Origin: Escherichia coli
GTDB taxonomy: Bacteria; Pseudomonadota; Gammaproteobacteria; Enterobacterales; Enterobacteriaceae
Direction: 5' to 3' (one strand)
DNA: 64,000 nucleotides
NCBI RefSeq assembly: GCF_046105845.1
Contig: NZ_CP151004.1
The notes beneath the pieces are model-generated. The model saw nothing but the letters and a program-made list of their open reading frames with translations, was not told the origin of the DNA and made no database searches. Shown here one piece after another: positions 1 through 10,746 of this stretch; positions within the stretch are counted from its first letter, which is position 1; every line of letters starts with the position of its first letter. The position numbers were made by a program, and so were the translations under genes.

Positions 1-17
1 CGGCAACGATGCCGACA

Positions 18-50
18 GCCTGATGCGACGCTGACCGCGTCTTATCAGGC
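18..50. repeat. REP (repetitive extragenic palindromic) element upstream of yjdN
   Basis: Imperfect palindrome gcctgatgcgacgctg...cgcgtcttatcaggc typical of E. coli REP units. Confidence 0.6.
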
Positions 51-115
51 TTCCCTCTCATCTGTATAAATTTCGAACTACACTTAACTGGCTTCTCTTA
101 ACTGAGGTCACCATC

Positions 116-559
116 ATGCCGTTAAGTCCCTACCTCTCTTTTGCCGGTAACTGTTCCGACGCGATTGCCTATTATCAACGTACGTTGGGCGCGGAACTGC
201 TCTATAAAATCAGCTTCGGCGAAATGCCGAAATCAGCGCAGGACAGCGCCGAGAACTGCCCTTCCGGAATGCAATTTCCCGATACCGCCATCGCTCATGC
301 CAATGTGCGCATTGCCGGAAGCGACATCATGATGAGCGATGCCATGCCGTCAGGAAAAGCCAGCTACTCCGGCTTTACGCTGGTGCTCGATTCGCAACAG
401 GTCGAAGAAGGAAAACGCTGGTTTGATAACCTTGCAGCTAACGGAAAAATCGAAATGGCCTGGCAGGAAACTTTCTGGGCGCATGGCTTTGGCAAAGTCA
501 CCGATAAATTTGGCGTACCGTGGATGATTAATGTCGTCAAACAACAACCAACGCAATAA
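116..559 (+). CDS. yjdN: YjdN/PhnB, glyoxalase-fold protein of unknown function
   Basis: ORF track 116..559 (147 aa); protein recognised; position immediately upstream of phnC. Confidence 0.85.
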   Translation: MPLSPYLSFAGNCSDAIAYYQRTLGAELLYKISFGEMPKSAQDSAENCPSGMQFPDTAIAHANVRIAGSDIMMSDAMPSGKASYSGFTLVLDSQQVEEGKRWFDNLAANGKIEMAWQETFWAHGFGKVTDKFGVPWMINVVKQQPTQ

Positions 560-614
560 CCCGCCGGGAGGCCCGCCCTCCCGCACTGTCATCGAATTCC
601 CGTTAACTCTTCAT

Positions 615-632
615 CTGTTAGTCACTTTTAGT
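615..632 (+). promoter_or_regulatory. Putative Pho box (PhoB site) of the phnC promoter, with -10 GATAAT at 648..653
   Basis: CTGTTAG-TCAC-TTTTAGT, two 7-nt direct repeats with 4-nt spacer, about 17 nt upstream of a GATAAT -10 and 60 nt upstream of phnC ATG; phn operon is a known Pho regulon member. Confidence 0.5.
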
Positions 633-691
633 TAACAAAATCGTCACGATAATCCGCCACGATGGAGCCACTTTTTTAGGGAGGCTGCATC

Positions 692-1480
692 ATGCAAACG
701 ATTATCCGTGTCGAGAAGCTCGCCAAAACCTTCAATCAGCATCAGGCGCTGCATGCGGTTGATCTGAACATTCATCACGGTGAAATGGTGGCTCTGCTTG
801 GGCCGTCCGGTTCCGGCAAATCCACCCTTTTACGTCATTTAAGCGGTTTGATTACCGGCGATAAATCTGCCGGTAGCCATATCGAGCTGCTGGGCCGCAC
901 AGTCCAGCGCGAAGGCCGCCTGGCCCGCGATATCCGCAAAAGCCGCGCCAACACCGGCTACATCTTCCAACAATTCAACCTGGTGAATCGCCTGAGCGTA
1001 CTGGAGAACGTGCTGATTGGCGCGCTCGGCAGCACGCCATTCTGGCGCACCTGTTTTAGTTGGTTCACCCGCGAGCAGAAACAGCGCGCGTTACAGGCGC
1101 TGACCCGTGTTGGCATGGTGCACTTTGCCCATCAGCGCGTTTCCACCCTCTCCGGCGGACAGCAGCAGCGTGTGGCAATTGCCCGTGCGCTGATGCAGCA
1201 GGCGAAGGTGATTCTGGCCGATGAACCCATCGCCTCGCTGGACCCGGAATCGGCGCGCATCGTGATGGACACCCTGCGCGACATTAACCAGAACGACGGC
1301 ATTACCGTGGTCGTCACGCTGCATCAGGTGGATTACGCCCTGCGCTACTGCGAACGCATCGTCGCCCTGCGCCAGGGGCACGTCTTCTACGACGGCAGCA
1401 GCCAACAGTTTGATAACGAACGTTTTGACCATCTCTACCGCAGCATCAACCGCGTCGAAGAAAACGCGAAAGCTGCCTGA
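692..1480 (+). CDS. phnC: Phosphonate ABC transporter ATP-binding protein PhnC
   Basis: ORF track 262 aa; Walker [13 protein letters not shown] signature LSGGQQQR; GGGAGG RBS upstream. Confidence 0.95.
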   Translation: MQTIIRVEKLAKTFNQHQALHAVDLNIHHGEMVALLGPSGSGKSTLLRHLSGLITGDKSAGSHIELLGRTVQREGRLARDIRKSRANTGYIFQQFNLVNRLSVLENVLIGALGSTPFWRTCFSWFTREQKQRALQALTRVGMVHFAHQRVSTLSGGQQQRVAIARALMQQAKVILADEPIASLDPESARIVMDTLRDINQNDGITVVVTLHQVDYALRYCERIVALRQGHVFYDGSSQQFDNERFDHLYRSINRVEENAKAA

Positions 1481-1504
1481 CATCCCCATCATTGAGGAAA
1501 ACGA

Positions 1505-2521
1505 ATGAACGCTAAGATAATTGCCTCGCTGGCCTTCACCAGCATGTTCAGCCTCAGCACCCTGTTAAGCCCGGCGCACGCCGAAGAGCAGGAAAAGGCG
1601 CTGAATTTCGGCATTATTTCAACGGAATCACAGCAAAACCTGAAACCGCAATGGACGCCGTTCTTGCAGGATATGGAGAAGAAGCTGGGCGTAAAGGTCA
1701 ACGCCTTCTTTGCCCCGGACTACGCGGGCATTATCCAGGGGATGCGCTTCAATAAAGTGGATATCGCCTGGTACGGCAATCTGTCGGCGATGGAAGCGGT
1801 GGATCGCGCCAACGGTCAGGTCTTCGCCCAGACGGTCGCGGCGGATGGATCGCCAGGTTACTGGAGCGTGTTGATCGTCAACAAAGACAGCCCGATCAAC
1901 AACCTGAACGATCTGCTGGCGAAGCGGAAAGATCTCACCTTCGGTAATGGCGATCCTAACTCCACCTCTGGCTTCCTCGTCCCCGGTTACTACGTCTTCG
2001 CCAAAAACAATATCTCCGCCAGCGACTTCAAGCGCACCGTCAATGCCGGGCATGAAACCAACGCGCTGGCCGTCGCCAACAAGCAGGTGGATGTGGCGAC
2101 CAACAACACCGAGAACCTCGACAAGCTGAAAACCTCCGCACCGGAGAAGCTCAAAGAGCTGAAAGTGATCTGGAAATCGCCGCTGATCCCAGGCGATCCG
2201 ATCGTCTGGCGCAAAAATCTGTCCGAAACCACCAAAGACAAGATCTACGACTTCTTTATGAATTACGGCAAAACCCCGGAAGAGAAAGCGGTGCTGGAAC
2301 GCCTGGGCTGGGCCCCGTTCCGCGCCTCCAGCGACCTGCAACTGGTGCCGATTCGCCAGCTAGCACTGTTTAAAGAGATGCAGGGCGTGAAAAGCAATAA
2401 AGGGCTGAATGAGCAGGACAAGCTGGCGAAAACCACCGCGATTCAGGCGCAGCTGGATGACCTGGACCGCCTGAACAACGCGTTAAGCGCGATGAGTTCG
2501 GTGAGTAAAGCGGTGCAGTAA
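1505..2521 (+). CDS. phnD: Phosphonate ABC transporter periplasmic binding protein PhnD
   Basis: ORF track 338 aa; signal peptide then binding-protein fold; operon context. Confidence 0.95.
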   Translation: MNAKIIASLAFTSMFSLSTLLSPAHAEEQEKALNFGIISTESQQNLKPQWTPFLQDMEKKLGVKVNAFFAPDYAGIIQGMRFNKVDIAWYGNLSAMEAVDRANGQVFAQTVAADGSPGYWSVLIVNKDSPINNLNDLLAKRKDLTFGNGDPNSTSGFLVPGYYVFAKNNISASDFKRTVNAGHETNALAVANKQVDVATNNTENLDKLKTSAPEKLKELKVIWKSPLIPGDPIVWRKNLSETTKDKIYDFFMNYGKTPEEKAVLERLGWAPFRASSDLQLVPIRQLALFKEMQGVKSNKGLNEQDKLAKTTAIQAQLDDLDRLNNALSAMSSVSKAVQ

Positions 2522-2525
2522 ATCG

Positions 2526-2611
2526 TAAGTCGGATAAGACGCCACGGCGTCGCATCCGACAATGTGCAGACGTTGATGCCGGATGCGGTGCAAGCACCTT
2601 ATCCGGCCTAC
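2526..2611. repeat. BIME: two REP elements between phnD and phnE
   Basis: gtcggataagacgcc...ggcgtcgcatccgac and gccggatgcgg...ccttatccggcctac palindromic units. Confidence 0.7.
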
Positions 2612-2626
2612 AGACCGGAGCCAAAC

Positions 2627-3406
2627 ATGCAAACCATCACCATCGCCCCACCCAAGCGCAGCTGGTTCTCGCTTCTGAGCTGGGCCATTGTACTCGCCGT
2701 GCTGGTCGTCTCGTGGCAGGGCGCGGAAATGGCCCCGCTCACGCTGATTAAAGACGGCGGCAACATGGCGACGTTCGCTGCCGACTTCTTCCCGCCCGAT
2801 TTCAGCCAGTGGCAGGATTACCTCACCGAAATGGCCGTCACGCTGCAAATCGCCGTCTGGGGCACCGCGCTGGCGGTGGTTCTCTCCATCCCCTTCGGCC
2901 TGATGAGCGCCGAAAACCTGGTGCCGTGGTGGGTTTACCAGCCCGTTCGCCGCCTGATGGACGCCTGCCGCGCCATTAACGAGATGGTCTTCGCCATGCT
3001 GTTCGTGGTCGCCGTCGGTCTCGGTCCGTTCGCTGGCGTACTGGCGCTGTTTATCCACACCACCGGCGTGCTCTCCAAACTGCTTTCCGAAGCGGTAGAA
3101 GCAATTGAACCCGGTCCGGTGGAAGGTATTCGCGCCACTGGTGCCAACAAGCTCGAAGAGATCCTCTACGGCGTGCTGCCGCAGGTGATGCCGCTGCTGA
3201 TCTCCTACTCCCTCTATCGCTTCGAATCCAACGTCCGTTCGGCCACCGTTGTTGGCATGGTCGGCGCTGGCGGGATCGGCGTCACCCTGTGGGAAGCGAT
3301 TCGCGGTTTCCAGTTCCAGCAAACCTGCGCCCTGATGGTGCTGATTATCGTCACGGTCAGCCTGCTGGATTTCCTCTCTCAACGGTTGCGTAAGCACTTT
3401 ATCTGA
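2627..3406 (+). CDS. phnE: Phosphonate ABC transporter permease PhnE (intact reading frame)
   Basis: ORF track 2564..3406; start re-assigned to ATG 2627 ([12 protein letters not shown]...) because the upstream extension lies in REP sequence; continuous to stop. Confidence 0.9.
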   Translation: MQTITIAPPKRSWFSLLSWAIVLAVLVVSWQGAEMAPLTLIKDGGNMATFAADFFPPDFSQWQDYLTEMAVTLQIAVWGTALAVVLSIPFGLMSAENLVPWWVYQPVRRLMDACRAINEMVFAMLFVVAVGLGPFAGVLALFIHTTGVLSKLLSEAVEAIEPGPVEGIRATGANKLEEILYGVLPQVMPLLISYSLYRFESNVRSATVVGMVGAGGIGVTLWEAIRGFQFQQTCALMVLIIVTVSLLDFLSQRLRKHFI

Positions 3407-3426
3407 TAAGCGAGGCATTGATATCT

Positions 3427-4152
3427 ATGCACTTGTCTACACATCCGACCAGCTACCCAACACGCTATCAGGAGATAGCCGCAAAACTTGAGCAGGAGCT
3501 TCGTCAACACTACCGCTGCGGCGACTATCTTCCCGCCGAGCAGCAACTGGCGGCGCGCTTTGAGGTGAACCGCCACACCCTGCGCCGCGCCATCGACCAA
3601 CTGGTGGAAAAAGGCTGGGTACAGCGCCGTCAGGGCGTCGGCGTGCTGGTGCTGATGCGCCCGTTCGATTACCCGCTCAACGCCCAGGCGCGTTTTAGCC
3701 AGAACCTGCTGGATCAGGGCAGCCATCCCACCAGCGAAAAACTGCTGTCGGTGCTGCGCCCGGCCTCCGGTCACGTCGCTGACGCGCTGGGGATAACCGA
3801 GGGCGAGAACGTTATCCACCTGCGCACCCTGCGCCGGGTCAACGGCGTCGCGCTCTGTTTAATCGACCACTACTTTGCGGACCTCACCCTCTGGCCGACG
3901 CTGCAACGCTTCGACAGCGGCTCGCTGCACGATTTTCTGCGCGAGCAAACGGGGATTGCGCTGCGCCGCAGCCAGACGCGGATCAGCGCCCGCCGCGCCC
4001 AGGCCAAAGAGTGCCAGCGTCTTGAAATCCCGAATATGTCGCCGCTGCTGTGCGTGCGCACCCTTAACCACCGTGACGGTGAAAGCAGCCCGGCGGAGTA
4101 CTCCGTCAGCCTGACGCGCGCCGACATGATTGAATTCACTATGGAGCACTGA
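3427..4152 (+). CDS. phnF: GntR-family transcriptional regulator PhnF
   Basis: ORF track 3418..4152 begins with TTG; ATG at 3427 gives 241 aa MHLSTHPTSYP... Confidence 0.9.
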   Translation: MHLSTHPTSYPTRYQEIAAKLEQELRQHYRCGDYLPAEQQLAARFEVNRHTLRRAIDQLVEKGWVQRRQGVGVLVLMRPFDYPLNAQARFSQNLLDQGSHPTSEKLLSVLRPASGHVADALGITEGENVIHLRTLRRVNGVALCLIDHYFADLTLWPTLQRFDSGSLHDFLREQTGIALRRSQTRISARRAQAKECQRLEIPNMSPLLCVRTLNHRDGESSPAEYSVSLTRADMIEFTMEH

Positions 4153-4605
4153 ATGCACGCAGATACCGCGACCCGCCAGCACTGGATGTCCGTACTGGCA
4201 CACAGCCAACCGGCTGAACTGGCAGCCCGCCTGAAGGCGCTGAACATCACTGCCGACTATGAAGTAATCCGCGCCGCTGAAACCGGCCTGGTGCAGATTC
4301 AGGCGCGGATGGGTGGCACCGGCGAACGCTTTTTTGCTGGCGACGCCACGCTCACCCGCGCCACCGTACGCCTGACTGACGGCACGCTCGGCTACAGCTG
4401 GGTGCTGGGGCGCGACAAACAGCACGCCGAACGCTGCGCGCTGATTGACGCGCTGATGCAGCAAACCCGCCATTTTCAAAACTTATCAGAAACCCTTATT
4501 GCCCCGCTGGACGCTGACCGTATGGCACGCATTGCCGCACGCCAGGCCGAAGTGAACGCCAGCCGGGTCGACTTCTTTACGATGGTTCGCGGAGATAACG
4601 CATGA
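4153..4605 (+). CDS. phnG: C-P lyase complex subunit PhnG
   Basis: ORF track 150 aa; operon context. Confidence 0.95.
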   Translation: MHADTATRQHWMSVLAHSQPAELAARLKALNITADYEVIRAAETGLVQIQARMGGTGERFFAGDATLTRATVRLTDGTLGYSWVLGRDKQHAERCALIDALMQQTRHFQNLSETLIAPLDADRMARIAARQAEVNASRVDFFTMVRGDNA

Positions 4606-5186
4606 CCCTGGAAACCGCTTTTATGCTTCCTGTGCAGGATGCCCAGCACAGTTTTCGTCGCCTGTTAAAGGCCATGAGCGAGCCGGGCGTGATTGTCGCC
4701 CTGCATCAGCTCAAACGCGGCTGGCAGCCGCTGAATATCGCCACCACCAGCGTGCTGCTGACGCTGGCCGATAACGACACGCCGGTGTGGCTTTCTGCGC
4801 CATTAAGTAACGATATCGTCAGCCAGAGCCTGCGTTTTCATACCAACGCGCCGCTGGTCAATCAGCCGGAACTGGCGACCTTCGCGGTAACGGATGAGGC
4901 GATTTCCAGCGAACAGCTTAACGCCCTTTCCAGCGGCACCGCTGTTGCGCCAGAAGCGGGCGCGACGCTGATTTTACAGGTCGTCAGCCTGAGCGGCGGG
5001 CGCATGCTGCGCCTTACTGGCGCGGGTATTGCCGAAGAACGAATGATCGCTCCGCAGCTGCCGGAGTGCATTCTGCACGAACTTACCGAGCGCCCGCACC
5101 CGTTCCCGCTCGGCATCGACCTGATCCTGACCTGCGGCGAGCGGCTGCTGGCTATCCCGCGAACCACTCATGTGGAGGTGTGCTGA
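4602..5186 (+). CDS. phnH: C-P lyase complex subunit PhnH
   Basis: ORF track 194 aa; ATGA overlap with phnG stop. Confidence 0.95.
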   Translation: MTLETAFMLPVQDAQHSFRRLLKAMSEPGVIVALHQLKRGWQPLNIATTSVLLTLADNDTPVWLSAPLSNDIVSQSLRFHTNAPLVNQPELATFAVTDEAISSEQLNALSSGTAVAPEAGATLILQVVSLSGGRMLRLTGAGIAEERMIAPQLPECILHELTERPHPFPLGIDLILTCGERLLAIPRTTHVEVC

Positions 5187-6250
5187 TGTACGTTGCCGTG
5201 AAAGGGGGCGAGAAGGCGATCGACGCCGCCCACGCCCTGCAAGAGAGCCGACGCCGGGGCAATACCGATTTGCCTGAACTGAGCGTCGCCCAGATTGAAC
5301 AGCAGCTTAATCTTGCAGTAGATCGCGTGATGACCGAAGGCGGCATTGCCGACCGCGAACTGGCGGCGCTGGCGCTGAAACAGGCCAGCGGCGATAACGT
5401 CGAAGCGATTTTCCTGCTACGCGCCTACCGCACCACGCTGGCGAAGCTGGCGGTAAGCGAGCCGCTCGACACCACGGAGATGCGTCTCGAACGGCGTATT
5501 TCAGCGGTTTATAAAGATATTCCCGGCGGCCAGCTGCTTGGCCCAACCTACGACTACACCCATCGCCTGCTCGATTTCACCCTGCTGGCAAACGGCGAAG
5601 CGCCGACGCTGACCACCGCCGACAGCGCACAACAGCCGTCGCCGCACGTTTTCAGCCTGCTGGCGCGTCAGGGGCTGGCGAAGTTTGAAGAAGATAGCGG
5701 CGCACAGCCGGACGACATCACCCGCACGCCGCCGGTTTACCCCTGCTCACGTTCTTCCCGTTTGCAGCAGCTCATGCGCGGAGACGAAGGCTATTTGCTG
5801 GCGCTGGCCTACTCCACCCAGCGTGGTTACGGACGCAATCATCCGTTCGCAGGCGAAATCCGCAGCGGCTATATCGACGTGTCGATTGTGCCGGAAGAGC
5901 TGGGATTTGCGGTGAACGTCGGCGAACTGCTGATGACCGAATGTGAAATGGTCAACGGTTTTATCGACCCACCGGATGAGCCGCCGCACTTCACGCGCGG
6001 CTACGGGCTGGTGTTCGGCATGAGCGAGCGCAAAGCGATGGCAATGGCGCTGGTTGACCGCGCTCTGCAAGCCCCGGAGTACGGCGAGCACGCGACAGGC
6101 CCGGCGCAGGATGAAGAGTTCGTGCTGGCGCATGCCGACAACGTCGAAGCCGCAGGCTTTGTCTCGCACCTTAAACTCCCGCACTACGTCGATTTCCAGG
6201 CCGAACTGGAGCTACTCAAACGTCTGCAACAGGAGCAGAACCATGGCTAA
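5186..6250 (+). CDS. phnI: C-P lyase complex subunit PhnI
   Basis: ORF track 5066..6250; start re-assigned to ATG 5186 ([13 protein letters not shown]...), 354 aa, overlapping phnH stop. Confidence 0.9.
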   Translation: MYVAVKGGEKAIDAAHALQESRRRGNTDLPELSVAQIEQQLNLAVDRVMTEGGIADRELAALALKQASGDNVEAIFLLRAYRTTLAKLAVSEPLDTTEMRLERRISAVYKDIPGGQLLGPTYDYTHRLLDFTLLANGEAPTLTTADSAQQPSPHVFSLLARQGLAKFEEDSGAQPDDITRTPPVYPCSRSSRLQQLMRGDEGYLLALAYSTQRGYGRNHPFAGEIRSGYIDVSIVPEELGFAVNVGELLMTECEMVNGFIDPPDEPPHFTRGYGLVFGMSERKAMAMALVDRALQAPEYGEHATGPAQDEEFVLAHADNVEAAGFVSHLKLPHYVDFQAELELLKRLQQEQNHG

Positions 6251-7088
6251 TCTGAGCGGCTACAACTTTGCTTACCTCGACGAGCAGACCAAACGCATGA
6301 TCCGCCGCGCCATCTTAAAAGCGGTAGCGATCCCCGGTTATCAGGTACCTTTTGGCGGGCGCGAGATGCCGATGCCGTACGGCTGGGGAACTGGTGGTAT
6401 CCAGCTTACCGCCAGCGTGATTGGCGAAAGCGACGTGTTGAAGGTGATTGACCAGGGCGCGGATGACACCACCAACGCCGTGTCGATTCGCAACTTCTTT
6501 AAGCGCGTGACCGGGGTAAACACCACTGAACGTACGGACGATGCGACGCTTATCCAGACGCGCCACCGCATCCCCGAAACGCCGCTGACCGAAGATCAGA
6601 TCATTATTTTCCAGGTGCCGATCCCGGAACCGCTGCGCTTTATCGAGCCGCGCGAAACGGAGACCCGCACTATGCACGCGCTGGAGGAGTACGGCGTGAT
6701 GCAGGTGAAACTGTATGAAGATATCGCCCGCTTCGGTCATATCGCCACCACTTATGCCTATCCGGTGAAGGTGAACGGGCGCTACGTGATGGACCCGTCG
6801 CCGATCCCGAAATTCGATAACCCGAAAATGAACATGATGCCCGCCCTGCAGCTGTTCGGCGCAGGGCGCGAGAAGCGCATCTATGCGGTGCCGCCGTTTA
6901 CCCGCGTGGAAAGTCTCGATTTCGACGATCACCCGTTCACCGTTCAGCAGTGGGATGAGCCATGCGCCATCTGCGGATCGACCCACAGCTATCTCGACGA
7001 AGTGGTGCTGGATGACGCCGGAAACCGCATGTTTGTCTGCTCCGATACCGATTATTGCCGCCAACAGAGCGAGGCAAAAAACCAATGA
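6243..7088 (+). CDS. phnJ: C-P lyase core subunit PhnJ
   Basis: ORF track 6054..7088; start re-assigned to ATG 6243 (MANLSGYNFAYLDEQ...), 281 aa; C-terminal Cys cluster. Confidence 0.9.
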   Translation: MANLSGYNFAYLDEQTKRMIRRAILKAVAIPGYQVPFGGREMPMPYGWGTGGIQLTASVIGESDVLKVIDQGADDTTNAVSIRNFFKRVTGVNTTERTDDATLIQTRHRIPETPLTEDQIIIFQVPIPEPLRFIEPRETETRTMHALEEYGVMQVKLYEDIARFGHIATTYAYPVKVNGRYVMDPSPIPKFDNPKMNMMPALQLFGAGREKRIYAVPPFTRVESLDFDDHPFTVQQWDEPCAICGSTHSYLDEVVLDDAGNRMFVCSDTDYCRQQSEAKNQ

Positions 7089-7843
7089 ATCAACCGTTAC
7101 TTTCGGTCAATAACCTGACCCACCTTTACGCGCCGGGCAAAGGCTTTAGCGATGTCTCTTTTGATTTATGGCCGGGGGAAGTGCTGGGCATCGTCGGGGA
7201 ATCCGGCTCCGGGAAGACCACGCTGCTGAAATCAATTTCCGCGCGTCTGACGCCGCAGCAAGGGGAGATTCACTATGAAAACCGTTCCCTCTATGGCATG
7301 AGCGAGGCCGACCGCCGTCGCCTGCTGCGCACCGAATGGGGCGTGGTGCATCAGCATCCACTCGACGGCCTGCGCCGCCAGGTGTCGGCAGGCGGCAATA
7401 TCGGCGAGCGGCTGATGGCGACCGGGGCGCGTCATTACGGCGATATTCGCGCCACCGCGCAGAAGTGGCTGGAAGAGGTGGAGATTCCCGCTAACCGGAT
7501 CGACGACCTGCCAACCACCTTTTCCGGCGGCATGCAGCAGCGTTTGCAGATTGCCCGCAACCTGGTGACGCATCCGAAGCTGGTGTTTATGGACGAACCA
7601 ACCGGCGGGCTGGATGTATCCGTACAGGCGCGCCTGCTCGACCTGCTGCGCGGCCTGGTGGTGGAGCTGAACCTGGCGGTAGTGATTGTTACCCACGATC
7701 TGGGCGTCGCCCGCCTGCTGGCGGACCGTTTGCTGGTGATGAAACAGGGGCAAGTGGTGGAGAGTGGGTTAACCGACCGCGTGCTCGACGACCCGCACCA
7801 CCCGTACACCCAGTTGCTGGTGTCATCGGTTTTGCAGAATTGA
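7085..7843 (+). CDS. phnK: C-P lyase accessory ATP-binding protein PhnK
   Basis: ORF track 7055..7843; ATG 7085 ([11 protein letters not shown]...), 252 aa; Walker [10 protein letters not shown]. Confidence 0.9.
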   Translation: MNQPLLSVNNLTHLYAPGKGFSDVSFDLWPGEVLGIVGESGSGKTTLLKSISARLTPQQGEIHYENRSLYGMSEADRRRLLRTEWGVVHQHPLDGLRRQVSAGGNIGERLMATGARHYGDIRATAQKWLEEVEIPANRIDDLPTTFSGGMQQRLQIARNLVTHPKLVFMDEPTGGLDVSVQARLLDLLRGLVVELNLAVVIVTHDLGVARLLADRLLVMKQGQVVESGLTDRVLDDPHHPYTQLLVSSVLQN

Positions 7844-7847
7844 GCCA

Positions 7848-7934
7848 GTGCCGGATACGGCGTAAACGCCTTATCCGGCCGACAAATGCGCTCCCCGTAG
7901 GTCGGATAAGACGCGTCAGCGTCGCATCCGACAC
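7848..7934. repeat. BIME: two REP elements between phnK and phnL
   Basis: gtgccggatacggcgtaaacgccttatccggc and gtcggataagacgcgtcagcgtcgcatccgac palindromic units. Confidence 0.7.
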
Positions 7935-7953
7935 CCGAACCACGAGGCGAAAA

Positions 7954-8634
7954 ATGATTAACGTACAAAACGTCAGTAAAACCTTCATCCTGCACCAGCA
8001 AAACGGCGTGCGCCTGCCCGTCTTACAACGTGCCTCGCTCACCGTCAACGCAGGCGAATGCGTGGTGCTTCACGGCCACTCCGGCAGCGGAAAATCAACC
8101 CTGCTGCGCTCGCTGTACGCCAACTATCTGCCCGATGAAGGTCAAATCCAGATCAAACACGGTGATGAGTGGGTAGACCTGATCACCGCGCCAGCCCGCA
8201 AAGTGGTGGAGATCCGCAAAACCACCATCGGCTGGGTGAGCCAGTTTCTGCGCGTTATCCCGCGTATTTCGGCACTGGAAGTGGTGATGCAGCCGCTGCT
8301 CGATACCGGCGTACCGCGTGAAGCCTGCGCCGCTAAAGCCGCCCGATTACTGACGCGCCTGAACGTGCCTGAACGCCTGTGGCACCTGGCACCATCGACC
8401 TTCTCCGGCGGCGAACAGCAGCGCGTCAACATCGCCCGTGGCTTTATCGTCGACTATCCGATTCTGCTGCTGGATGAACCCACCGCCTCGCTGGACGCTA
8501 AAAACAGCGCCGCGGTGGTGGAACTAATTCGCGAAGCCAAAGCCCGCGGCGCGGCCATCGTCGGTATCTTCCATGACGAAGCCGTACGCAATGACGTCGC
8601 CGACCGCCTGCACCCGATGGGAGCCTCTTCATGA
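7954..8634 (+). CDS. phnL: C-P lyase accessory ATP-binding protein PhnL
   Basis: ORF track 7840..8634; ATG 7954 ([11 protein letters not shown]...), 226 aa; the upstream extension is REP sequence; Walker [10 protein letters not shown]. Confidence 0.9.
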   Translation: MINVQNVSKTFILHQQNGVRLPVLQRASLTVNAGECVVLHGHSGSGKSTLLRSLYANYLPDEGQIQIKHGDEWVDLITAPARKVVEIRKTTIGWVSQFLRVIPRISALEVVMQPLLDTGVPREACAAKAARLLTRLNVPERLWHLAPSTFSGGEQQRVNIARGFIVDYPILLLDEPTASLDAKNSAAVVELIREAKARGAAIVGIFHDEAVRNDVADRLHPMGASS

Positions 8635-9767
8635 TTATCAATAACGTCAAACTGGTGCTGGAAAATGAAGTGGTGCACGGTTCACTGGAAGTACAGGATG
8701 GCGAAATTCGGGCCTTTGCCGAAAGCCAGAGCCGCCAGCCGGAAGCGATGGACGGCGAAGGTGGCTGGCTACTGCCCGGACTGATTGAGCTGCATACCGA
8801 CAACCTCGATAAATTCTTCACCCCGCGCCCGAAAGTCGACTGGCCCGCCCATTCGGCGATGAGCAGCCACGACGCGCTGATGGTGGCAAGCGGCATCACC
8901 ACCGTACTGGACGCCGTGGCGATTGGTGATGTGCGCGACGGCGGCGATCGGCTGGAGAATCTGGAGAAGATGATCAACGCCATCGAAGAGACGCAGAAAC
9001 GCGGCGTCAACCGCGCCGAGCACCGCCTGCACCTGCGCTGCGAACTGCCGCACCACACCACGTTGCCGCTGTTTGAAAAACTGGTGCAGCGCGAACCGGT
9101 GACGCTGGTATCGCTGATGGACCACTCGCCAGGCCAGCGCCAGTTCGCCAATCGCGAGAAGTATCGCGAATATTATCAGGGCAAATATTCCCTCACCGAT
9201 GCGCAGATGCAGCAGTACGAAGAAGAGCAATTGGCGCTCGCCGCACGCTGGTCGCAGCCAAATCGCGAAACCATCGCCGCAATGTGCCGCGCGCGACACA
9301 TTGCCCTCGCCAGCCACGATGACGCCACGCACGCCCACGTTGCCGAATCTCACCAGCTTGGCAGCGTGATCGCCGAATTTCCCACCACGTTCGAAGCGGC
9401 AGAAGCCTCGCGCAAGCATGGCATGAACGTGCTGATGGGCGCGCCGAATATCGTGCGCGGCGGTTCGCACTCCGGCAACGTGGCGGCCAGTGAACTGGCG
9501 CAGCTTGGCCTGCTGGATATCCTCTCTTCCGACTACTACCCCGCCAGCCTGCTCGATGCGGCATTTCGCGTCGCCGATGACGAGAGCAACCGCTTTACGC
9601 TGCCGCAGGCGGTGAAGCTGGTGACTAAAAATCCGGCGCAGGCGCTTAATCTTCAGGATCGCGGAGTGATTGGCGAGGGCAAACGCGCCGACCTGGTGCT
9701 GGCGCATCGCAAGGGCAACCACATTCATATCGACCACGTCTGGCGTCAGGGTAAAAGGGTGTTCTGA
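8631..9767 (+). CDS. phnM: Amidohydrolase-family PhnM (ribosyl-phosphonate triphosphate diphosphohydrolase)
   Basis: ORF track 378 aa; operon context. Confidence 0.95.
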   Translation: MIINNVKLVLENEVVHGSLEVQDGEIRAFAESQSRQPEAMDGEGGWLLPGLIELHTDNLDKFFTPRPKVDWPAHSAMSSHDALMVASGITTVLDAVAIGDVRDGGDRLENLEKMINAIEETQKRGVNRAEHRLHLRCELPHHTTLPLFEKLVQREPVTLVSLMDHSPGQRQFANREKYREYYQGKYSLTDAQMQQYEEEQLALAARWSQPNRETIAAMCRARHIALASHDDATHAHVAESHQLGSVIAEFPTTFEAAEASRKHGMNVLMGAPNIVRGGSHSGNVAASELAQLGLLDILSSDYYPASLLDAAFRVADDESNRFTLPQAVKLVTKNPAQALNLQDRGVIGEGKRADLVLAHRKGNHIHIDHVWRQGKRVF

Positions 9768-10324
9768 TGACGGGAAAACTGATTTGGTTAATGGGGGCCT
9801 CTGGCTCCGGAAAAGACAGTCTGTTGACGGAACTCCGCCAGCGGGAACAAACTCAGTTACTGGTGGCGCATCGCTACATCACGCGCGATGCCAGCGCCGG
9901 AAGCGAAAATCATATCGCCCTGAGCGAGCAGGAGTTTTTTACCCGCGCGGGGCAAAATCTGCTGGCCTTAAGCTGGCACGCCAACGGCCTGTATTATGGC
10001 ATCGGCGTCGAGATTGACCTCTGGCTGCACGCTGGATTTGACGTGGTGGTCAACGGCTCACGCGCCCATCTGCCGCAGGCGCGGGCGCGCTATCAATCGG
10101 CGCTGCTGCCCGTTTGTTTACAGGTTTCGCCAGAGATCCTGCGCCAGCGCCTGGAAAACCGTGGTCGTGAAAATGCCAGTGAAATTAACGCCCGACTAGC
10201 ACGCGCTGCCCGCTATACTCCTCAGGATTGTCTTACGCTCAATAATGACGGCAGCCTGCGCCAGTCGGTCGACACGCTGCTGACGCTGATTCATCAGAAG
10301 GAGAAAAACCATGCCTGCTTGTGA
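9767..10324 (+). CDS. phnN: Ribose 1,5-bisphosphate phosphokinase PhnN
   Basis: ORF track 185 aa; P-loop GASGSGKDS. Confidence 0.95.
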   Translation: MTGKLIWLMGASGSGKDSLLTELRQREQTQLLVAHRYITRDASAGSENHIALSEQEFFTRAGQNLLALSWHANGLYYGIGVEIDLWLHAGFDVVVNGSRAHLPQARARYQSALLPVCLQVSPEILRQRLENRGRENASEINARLARAARYTPQDCLTLNNDGSLRQSVDTLLTLIHQKEKNHACL

Positions 10325-10745
10325 GCTTCGCCCGGCTACGCAGTACGACACCGACGCAGTTTACGCGCTGATTTGTGAGCTAAAACAGGCGGAGTTTGAC
10401 CACCATGCGTTTCGCGTGGGGTTTAACGCCAATCTGCGCGACCCGAACATGCGCTACCATTTGGCGCTGCTGGATGGCGAAGTTGTCGGCATGATCGGCC
10501 TGCATTTGCAGTTTCATCTGCATCATGTCAACTGGATCGGCGAAATTCAGGAACTGGTGGTGATGCCGCAGGCGCGCGGTCTGAACATCGGCAGTAAATT
10601 ACTGGCATGGGCAGAAGAAGAAGCCCGCCAGGCCGGGGCAGAAATGACCGAGCTTTCCACCAACGTCAAGCGCCACGACGCGCACCGTTTCTATCTGCGC
10701 GAAGGCTACGAGCAGAGCCACTTCCGCTTCACCAAGGCGCTGTAA
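10311..10745 (+). CDS. phnO: Aminoalkylphosphonate N-acetyltransferase PhnO (GNAT family)
   Basis: ORF track 144 aa; 14-nt overlap with phnN. Confidence 0.95.
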   Translation: MPACELRPATQYDTDAVYALICELKQAEFDHHAFRVGFNANLRDPNMRYHLALLDGEVVGMIGLHLQFHLHHVNWIGEIQELVVMPQARGLNIGSKLLAWAEEEARQAGAEMTELSTNVKRHDAHRFYLREGYEQSHFRFTKAL

Positions 10746-10746
10746 C

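Noticed and set aside
1628-3418. Long minus-strand ORFs (237 and 311 aa) over phnD and phnE
   Set aside because: Antisense artefacts in GC-rich coding sequence; plus-strand genes fit the known operon.
5066-6242. Extended upstream starts for phnI (5066) and phnJ (6054), and likewise phnE (2564), phnL (7840), yjcH (33095), qorA (54231), pspG (55940), aphA (49394) and nrfA (30811)
   Set aside because: The extensions run through upstream genes or REP elements and lack RBS; internal ATG/GTG starts give the lengths of the known proteins.
2526-7934. Palindromic repeat clusters considered as a possible CRISPR array
   Set aside because: They are isolated REP/BIME units of about 35 nt with no regular repeat-spacer periodicity and no cas genes nearby.
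8498-9737. Minus-strand ORFs of 217 and 322 aa within phnL and phnM
   Set aside because: Antisense artefacts; plus-strand phnL and phnM are supported by motifs and operon context.
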